Position numbers and translations under genes: made by a program. The notes beneath the pieces are model-generated. The model saw nothing but the letters and a program-made list of their open reading frames with translations. It did no database searches and had not been told where the DNA came from. From Candidatus Hydrogenedentota bacterium (lineage in GTDB: Bacteria; Hydrogenedentota; Hydrogenedentia; Hydrogenedentales; JAEUWI01), in NCBI GenBank assembly GCA_034669905.1, contig JAXMOL010000039.1:15354-79353 (forward strand): a stretch of 64,000 nt of DNA, given 5' to 3'. Of this stretch, positions 58,110-64,000 are shown in pieces (position 1 is the stretch's first letter; every line of letters begins with the position of its first letter).

Positions 58110-58340
58110 GGCTTTTGCCAGTCGGTGGAGAAGAAGGCGCTGGGGAAATGCGGTATACGGGTGGTGTCCTGCAAGGACATCAGGTTGCGGTTGATGAGGC
58201 TGCTTTGGGACTCATCGCGGGGGCATTTCTCGGGGCTTCTCTTTTTCCACCAAGCAATGGGTATCTCTGCGCCGTCTGTTGCGTCCATGGTGGACGCCAG
58301 GATGTGGCCGGAGATGAGTAGCTTACAAGGAGAATACAGA

Positions 58341-59174
58341 ATGAAGAAGAACTACCTGGGGCTGATTGCTGCGGCGATCATGGTGGCGGCAGCCACGCCT
58401 TCCTATGCGACGGTCCTCTTTTATGATGACTTTGAAACCGGTTGGACCGGCGACTATGCGAATGGCTGGGTGAACACCGCCTATCGCCATGGTGCGCCAC
58501 CGGTGGGTCAGATGATGCAGCAGACGACGACCGCACACGGCGGCTCCTACGGCCTGCAGTTGACGGCCGCTTCCGTGGCCGAGCCCTGGATGTGGTGGGC
58601 CGGTGTCAGCGTTGAATCCCTGGACCACGTTGCCCTGGACGCCGCATACAATCCCTATGTCAGCGTCTGGTACTACGACGAAGGTACGGCCAACGCGTCT
58701 GCCGGACAGCTTTTTGCCGTGCCGGATTGGGTCAATCCCTATCTTGCAGGCGGAGAAGACTGGACTGACGTGCAGTATGGTGCCCGTTTCAACAACACGG
58801 ACGACTACTACTACGTAGCTGCCGGTGAATCCTCTCCCGGTTGGGTTGATTCCGGAGAAGCGCGTAGTGACGGTTGGCACAACCTCATGTTCCAGCTGAG
58901 CAGCAGCGACGGGCGTATTCACTTCTTCCTGGATGGAATCGAAATCGGTGCGTCCTACCGGAATGATTACACCAACCTCGGTACGGAAATCGGCCTGTTC
59001 ACCCAGTTTGACCCGGCGAATGGTCCCCAGAATGGCGGCACGCCCTACACCATCTGGGATGACTTCGAAGTCGGTTCTGATTTCGCACCCGTTCCGGAAC
59101 CGGCAACCATGACCCTTATGGGTATGGGACTGGCCGCCCTCGCAGCCCGCCGTCGTTTTGGCGCCCGCAAGTAA
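58341..59174 (+). CDS. PEP-CTERM sorting-domain secreted protein
   Basis: Signal peptide MKKNYLG..YAT; C-terminal VPEPATMTLMGMGLAALAARRR; RBS AAGGAG. Confidence 0.93.
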   Translation: MKKNYLGLIAAAIMVAAATPSYATVLFYDDFETGWTGDYANGWVNTAYRHGAPPVGQMMQQTTTAHGGSYGLQLTAASVAEPWMWWAGVSVESLDHVALDAAYNPYVSVWYYDEGTANASAGQLFAVPDWVNPYLAGGEDWTDVQYGARFNNTDDYYYVAAGESSPGWVDSGEARSDGWHNLMFQLSSSDGRIHFFLDGIEIGASYRNDYTNLGTEIGLFTQFDPANGPQNGGTPYTIWDDFEVGSDFAPVPEPATMTLMGMGLAALAARRRFGARK

Positions 59175-59207
59175 TTCCCATACCGTTTGAAATCCCAAAG
59201 CACCATT

Positions 59208-59240
59208 GCCCCCCGGATAGTCTGACTTCCGGGGGGCGTT
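59208..59240 (+). terminator. Stem-loop terminator after the PEP-CTERM gene
   Basis: GCCCCCCGGA...TCCGGGGGGC followed by gttgtgtt. Confidence 0.7.
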
Positions 59241-59356
59241 GTGTTGTCAGCGTGTGGGTGGGGGGCCTTTTCGCAGGACTTGTGCTACCCCTGTTGGGTG
59301 GATAGAATGCAGAAAAAGCAGTTCCTCTTTGCAGTATCCTACGGAAAGACCTCCCT

Positions 59357-60700
59357 ATGTATTTCAAGTTTCTGGCCTGTGCGCTCGTTGTCGCCGGGGT
59401 AGTATCCGCCCAGCCATCCACCAACAATGAGGCCATACAGACCATCTATCGGAACGGTGTACCCCATACCGATGCCCAAGGACGGGTGCGGATGGACTAC
59501 GACCCTTCGGAATCTTTTCTTCCCATTGGCCTGTGGGGCGCCCAGCTTCCTGGCAAGCAGTGGGAATCCGAGTCGGATTGGGCCGTGCTCAAGGAAGCAC
59601 GGTTTAACACCGTCTGGCCCTGGTTTTCTCCCCTGCAACAGGCGCTGGATGCCGCCGAAGCGCACCAGATGCAGTTGGTCTACATGGGGGAAGTGCAGCC
59701 CGAAGAACGGACGCTCCTTACCGGTACGAAGCGCCTGCTGGGCAATGTGTGGCACGACGAGCCTATCGGCAAGCTTGGTAGCGTGGACATGGATGCCCTC
59801 TTCGCGGAATTCCAGGCCTATCGCGAAGAAATTCATCAGGTGGCGCCGTCGCTACCGGTCTTCATTAATGACGCCCCGTGGATCATGCCCCCTGCGACCG
59901 ACTGGTGGCTGAAGTGGAACGGAGCCGCCGAAATCGCCTGCCACGACAACTACCCCATCATGAACAGGAAACACCGCGCACGCTCCATTGGTGCGGAACC
60001 CAACGGAATTCCCCAATCTGTTTCGCTGGGTGTTTCCAACGGCCAGGAGAAACGTCCCCAGTGGCTCATTGTTGGCGCCTTCGAACAGCCGGGCGAATTT
60101 GGCCAGACCTTTGCCTTCCGCTTTCCCACACCCCAGCAGTTGCGTGCCCAGGTCTATGCCGGAATTATCCATGGGGCCACGGGCATCATCTACTTCACGT
60201 GGGATACCTACATCCCACGGGACGGCACCGTGATCGGTATGGCGCCCAACCCGAAGACCGCCTACACGCCTGTTCCCCATCAGGAGGGGTATACGAGACC
60301 CACCCCGGCAACCCCGATGCAGTTGGTCCAGTCCCGTGCATTGTGGGAGGCGACCACCCACATCAATGCGGAATTAGAGGCCCTGGCGCCGATCATCTTC
60401 ACACCCACGGCGGACGAATCGCTGGGACTGGGCCTGGCAGTAGAGGGCGAAGGGGTAACCGAAAACCCGATTCGTGTTTTGGCCAAACCCCTGGGCGACA
60501 ATGAGTATCTGTTGCTGACAGTGAATCTGGATGATGCGATGCTGCGGGGGACTTTCGAATTCACGCGCCCCGTGCAGCAGGTCCTAACCCGTTTTGAAGA
60601 CCAACTCCCAGTGGAACGGGAGGAAGAAAATCACCACTTTTCCATCAGCTATGAGCCCTTCGCGGTCCATGTGCTGCACGTAGCGCTCTCCGAGCCTTGA
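59357..60700 (+). CDS. Secreted glycoside-hydrolase-like hypothetical protein
   Basis: Signal peptide; FLPIGLW, ARFNTV, HDEP, DNYPI, IIHGATGIIYF. Confidence 0.65.
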   Translation: MYFKFLACALVVAGVVSAQPSTNNEAIQTIYRNGVPHTDAQGRVRMDYDPSESFLPIGLWGAQLPGKQWESESDWAVLKEARFNTVWPWFSPLQQALDAAEAHQMQLVYMGEVQPEERTLLTGTKRLLGNVWHDEPIGKLGSVDMDALFAEFQAYREEIHQVAPSLPVFINDAPWIMPPATDWWLKWNGAAEIACHDNYPIMNRKHRARSIGAEPNGIPQSVSLGVSNGQEKRPQWLIVGAFEQPGEFGQTFAFRFPTPQQLRAQVYAGIIHGATGIIYFTWDTYIPRDGTVIGMAPNPKTAYTPVPHQEGYTRPTPATPMQLVQSRALWEATTHINAELEALAPIIFTPTADESLGLGLAVEGEGVTENPIRVLAKPLGDNEYLLLTVNLDDAMLRGTFEFTRPVQQVLTRFEDQLPVEREEENHHFSISYEPFAVHVLHVALSEP

Positions 60701-60750
60701 TGCAGGGCCTGGAAAGCGCTCACAAGATTCTAACTGAAAGTTTATGCAGT

Positions 60751-60787
60751 CTCCTGACAGGTTCTGTCAGGAGCCCGGTGCTATGAT
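60751..60787 (+). promoter_or_regulatory. Palindromic operator plus extended -10 before the DinB-family gene
   Basis: CTCCTGACAG-GTT-CTGTCAGGAG perfect inverted repeat, then TGCTATGAT. Confidence 0.7.
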
Positions 60788-60844
60788 TTGCTTATGTCGC
60801 TGGGACATGAAATACCTATGAACTACTATAAGGAGTTGAGGACC

Positions 60845-61324
60845 ATGACACCGGAAATTTTTGCCAATGGACTTGCGGTATCGAAAGAATTCTTTGACCG
60901 CTCAACGCGCTGTCTGACCGAGGAGCATTCCACCTTTGCGCCGAAAGACGGCATGATGACGGTCGCGCAACAAGTCGCCCACGTGGCCCAGACCTTCGAT
61001 TGGTTTATTGAGGGGGCCTTCAAGCGGACCGATGGTTTCGATATGGAATTCGAGAAACACATGGTGCCCGTCATGAAGATCGAATCCCTCAAAGAAGCAC
61101 GGGAATGGCTCGACAAATCAGCGAGCGAGGCCGTGGCACTCATTCAATCGAAGACCATTGAAGAGCTGCGGGAACCCTTGCCGGAAGGCATTGTGATGGG
61201 TGGCGAGCCAAAGCTGGCCATTATCAGCGGTATCGACGATCACACGGCCCACCACCGGGGCGCACTGACAGTCTATTCGCGCCTGCTGGGGCTCGTGCCC
61301 GATATGCCCTATATGGATATGTAG
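60845..61324 (+). CDS. DinB/YfiT family protein
   Basis: MTVAQQVAHVA and DHTAHHRGALTVYSRLLG..P. Confidence 0.9.
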   Translation: MTPEIFANGLAVSKEFFDRSTRCLTEEHSTFAPKDGMMTVAQQVAHVAQTFDWFIEGAFKRTDGFDMEFEKHMVPVMKIESLKEAREWLDKSASEAVALIQSKTIEELREPLPEGIVMGGEPKLAIISGIDDHTAHHRGALTVYSRLLGLVPDMPYMDM

Positions 61325-61346
61325 TCGCTGAGGAGATGGATTGTAG

Positions 61347-61380
61347 AAGGGACGGTCCCCGATGGGGGCCGTCCTTATTT
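61347..61380 (+). terminator. Hairpin after the DinB-family gene, probable terminator
   Basis: GGACGGTCCCC-GAT-GGGGGCCGTCC followed by ttattt. Confidence 0.6.
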
Positions 61381-61487
61381 CTGCACCAGACAGCAGATGA
61401 GCGCGGCAAACGACATTGTGGGGCCTATTCTGGTATAATTTAAGCCCGTAACCCATTCGCCGCAGCCCAATCCCCAGAATCTCTATC

Positions 61488-62468
61488 ATGAAAATTGGCT
61501 CCATCGACATAAAGCATCCCCTTTGCCTCGCTCCCATGGAAGACGTTTCCGACGTCCCCTTCCGCCGTATCTGCAAAGAGCAGGGGGCCGATTTGCTCTT
61601 TACCGAATTCGCCAACTGCGAAGCCCTGGTGCGCAACGTCAAACAGACCATGAACAAGATTCAGGTCCACGACGGCGAGCGCCCGGTGGCCATCCAGCTC
61701 TATGGCAGTGGGGAAGAGTCCTTGGAACAGGCCGCCGGCATCGCGCAAGACGCCGGTGCGGACTGGGTCGATATCAACTGCGGCTGTTGGGTTAAGAAGA
61801 TTGCCATGCGGGGCGATGGCGCGGGGCTCCTCCGCGATATTAATAAATTTCAGGCCGTCGTGGAGTCCGTTATTCGCGGCACCGATCGGCCCGTGACCGT
61901 GAAGACCCGGCTGGGGTGGGATGAGAACAGTTTCGTCATTCTCGAAGTCGCCCAGATGTTGGAAGCCCTCGGGGTAGCGGCCCTCACGGTTCATTGCCGG
62001 ACCCGGAAACAGGGCTACACCGGCAGTGCCGATTGGTCCTGGTTGCCCCGGATCAAAGAGGCCAGCAAGATCCAGCTCATTGCCAACGGTGATATCGCCA
62101 CCCCCGAAGATGCCAAGGCCTGTTTCGACCTGGGCTGCGACGGTGTCATGATTGGCCGCGGGGCTATCCATAGCCCGTGGATTTTCCGCTACACCCGTCA
62201 TTTTCTGGAGACCGGCGAGCATTTGCCCGACCCGACCCTGGAAGAGCGTATCAAGATGTGCATTCGCCACCTCAGCGATTCGGTGGAGTATCGCGGGGAA
62301 CGCCGCGGTGTACCCTCCTTCCGCCGTCACTATGCTGGCTATCTGAAAGGCGTGCGTAATATTGCCAATCTGCGCAAAGACTTGATGGACTTCATGGAAG
62401 TCGCCCCGATTGTTGAGCGCCTGGAACGATTTCTGGCCGAGTATGACGACGCGGATGAAGCGGCATAG
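61488..62468 (+). CDS. dusB: tRNA-dihydrouridine synthase
   Basis: LAPMEDVSDVPFR, DINCGC, VTVKTRLGW, VHCRT, ANGDI, GVMIGRG; consensus extended -10 TGGTATAAT at 61431-61439. Confidence 0.9.
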   Translation: MKIGSIDIKHPLCLAPMEDVSDVPFRRICKEQGADLLFTEFANCEALVRNVKQTMNKIQVHDGERPVAIQLYGSGEESLEQAAGIAQDAGADWVDINCGCWVKKIAMRGDGAGLLRDINKFQAVVESVIRGTDRPVTVKTRLGWDENSFVILEVAQMLEALGVAALTVHCRTRKQGYTGSADWSWLPRIKEASKIQLIANGDIATPEDAKACFDLGCDGVMIGRGAIHSPWIFRYTRHFLETGEHLPDPTLEERIKMCIRHLSDSVEYRGERRGVPSFRRHYAGYLKGVRNIANLRKDLMDFMEVAPIVERLERFLAEYDDADEAA

Positions 62469-62504
62469 TTCGCTGCTTCTGCTTCGGAGAGGAATGTTCT
62501 TGTC

Positions 62505-63344
62505 GTGTGGATGACCGTCGCGTTCAGTATGCTGATGGTCCTCGTGGCGGCTTACCTCCTGGTTGCCGTGCTGCTCTACACCTTCCAGGACCGGATTCTC
62601 TTTCCCGCGTCCCGCCAAATGGATCGGGACCCCGCTGTTCTTGGCTGGGACTTTGAAGAGATCCGCCTACCCGTGGACGGCGAAGAGACTTTCGGTTGGT
62701 ACATCCCCCTTGAAAATCATCGGGGGGTGGTACTATTCTCCCACGGAAACGCCGGTAGTCTCGCGGGCCGCCTGGAGTCTATTGGGCTGCTGCGCAGTTT
62801 CGGTTTTTCCGTTTTGGCCTATGACTATGGGGGCTATGGCTACAGCACCGGGTCACCGTCGGAAGCGCGGTGCTATGCGGACATCCAGGCCATGTGGGAT
62901 TACTTGACGCAGGAGCGTGGGGTCGAGGCCAAAGACGTTCTCCTCTTCGGCCGCTCGCTGGGGGGAGCACCTACTGCGGAGTTGGCCCGGCACGTGGAAG
63001 CCGGGGGGGTAATTCTGGAGAGTGCCTTCTTATCGGTCGCCGATGTGGCCCGCCACAATCCCTTGCTCCGCACCCTGACCTGGGCGCTTCGCCACCGCTT
63101 TGAGAATAAACACAAGGTGGCCGATATACGAAGCCCCCTGCTCATTGTCCATGGACCTGCAGATGAAGTCATTCCCTTTGAGAATGGGGAAGGGCTCTTT
63201 GAGCGAGCGACCGAGCCAAAGTCCTTCCTGGAAATCGAGGGGGGCCACAATAACGGATTTGTGACCTCGGAAAACTACCGTTCTGGCTGGGAAGCTTTTC
63301 TCACGCCGCTGTTTGGACTGAATCCGACGGTTGCTCACAAGTGA
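62505..63344 (+). CDS. Alpha/beta hydrolase (ABHD17/BEM46-like)
   Basis: N-terminal TM, SHGNAG, DYGGYG, GRSLG nucleophile elbow, HGPADEVI, GGHN. Confidence 0.92.
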   Translation: MWMTVAFSMLMVLVAAYLLVAVLLYTFQDRILFPASRQMDRDPAVLGWDFEEIRLPVDGEETFGWYIPLENHRGVVLFSHGNAGSLAGRLESIGLLRSFGFSVLAYDYGGYGYSTGSPSEARCYADIQAMWDYLTQERGVEAKDVLLFGRSLGGAPTAELARHVEAGGVILESAFLSVADVARHNPLLRTLTWALRHRFENKHKVADIRSPLLIVHGPADEVIPFENGEGLFERATEPKSFLEIEGGHNNGFVTSENYRSGWEAFLTPLFGLNPTVAHK

Positions 63345-63579
63345 TGTTAGACCGGTGTAAACCTGTTGGGTGATTATTAGTTGTTCATAATTGAGTAATT
63401 GAGATAGGGAGATTGAAGCTACACTTTAGAAAACCTCGGAATAGATGGGATTGATATGACAATAGATTGGTCAGCCATGATTACTTCGATGGACCAGTCT
63501 ATTGATAATACGCAGAAGAAGATAAGAAATCGTAGTATTCTCTCAAAGTTCCTTCGGGCAAGATGATGCATGCAACAAG

Positions 63580-63595
63580 TGGCATGGATCATGCA
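63580..63595 (+). promoter_or_regulatory. Sigma54-type promoter
   Basis: TGGCAT-GGATC-ATGCA with GG-N10-GC spacing. Confidence 0.55.
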
Positions 63596-63701
63596 CTTCT
63601 ATCGCGGAAAATGCGAAGCGTGGTGCCAGTCTGTTCTGGGACCCACAGGCTCTTTCGCGCGGGTTGAACATGGGCACAATTCTGAGCCCGGGAGACACAT
63701 C

Positions 63702-63932
63702 GTGAAGAAGAAACTCTTTATTGGAATGGCTGCGGCGCTTTTTCTGGTCACAGTAACCAACGAGGCCTTTGCAACAGCGGTGAGTATAACCAATGGAGTC
63801 GGCGGGGCAGGCTACACCATCGGCACGCCCGACACCGTGCCCTTTACCCTTACGGCAAATGGCTACAACGACAACATTCTATACGTATCGGTAGATGTCA
63901 AGCATATTGAGACAGTCATAGGTTTTAATTAG
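63702..63932 (+). pseudogene. Short secreted ORF, probably a truncated PEP-CTERM-type protein
   Basis: RBS GGAG plus GTG; signal peptide KKKLFIGMAAALFLVTVTNEAFAT resembles that of the 58341 gene; stops after 76 aa with no PEP tail. Confidence 0.45.
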
Positions 63933-64000
63933 AGAGTATTTGGACTGTGTTTTTGTCTTTCTCCGGTGTATCCCGTTTGGGCGGATTTATCCAGACGGCC

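Noticed and set aside
58026..58340. Upstream in-frame extension of the PEP-CTERM ORF
   Set aside because: Signal peptide and AAGGAG RBS define ATG 58341; the extension covers the promoter and leader

Overview
GC-rich (roughly 60% by eye) bacterial chromosomal window of about 45 genes. The content (Planctomycete-type PQQ propeller, DUF5722-like and other secreted glycoside-hydrolase-like proteins, PEP-CTERM protein) suggests a PVC-like or Hydrogenedentes-like environmental bacterium; this taxonomy is inference only. Most genes are metabolic or envelope genes: aguB-aguA, pgl-type lactonase, hemE, dusB, tRNA-Pro(CGG), oxidoreductases, peptidases, transporters and a CHASE hybrid kinase. The standout is a REP-associated HUH/Y1 tyrosine transposase (RAYT/TnpA-REP, 17607-18281). 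It has one REP upstream and a ~306-bp-period BIME-like array downstream, made of two alternating, inverted REP variants (GTGG foot, 8-bp stem with a T-G mismatch, TCC loop) that differ only by compensatory base pairs. A third covarying solo variant lies about 26 kb away. Other notable items: a VWA / FHA-FHA-ABC / Ser-Thr kinase / lipoprotein operon; a sigma54-type promoter with a ~220-nt structured leader ahead of the PEP-CTERM gene, plus a second sigma54-type promoter ahead of a truncated look-alike; a catalytically dead M1 peptidase; an orphan minimal flagellin; a WYL-type palindrome before a DinB-family gene; a stranded in-frame alternative TPR C-terminus; and heptamer and nonamer intergenic repeats. 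No CRISPR-Cas, rRNA or prophage was seen. All calls come from motif recognition by eye; no database searches were run.
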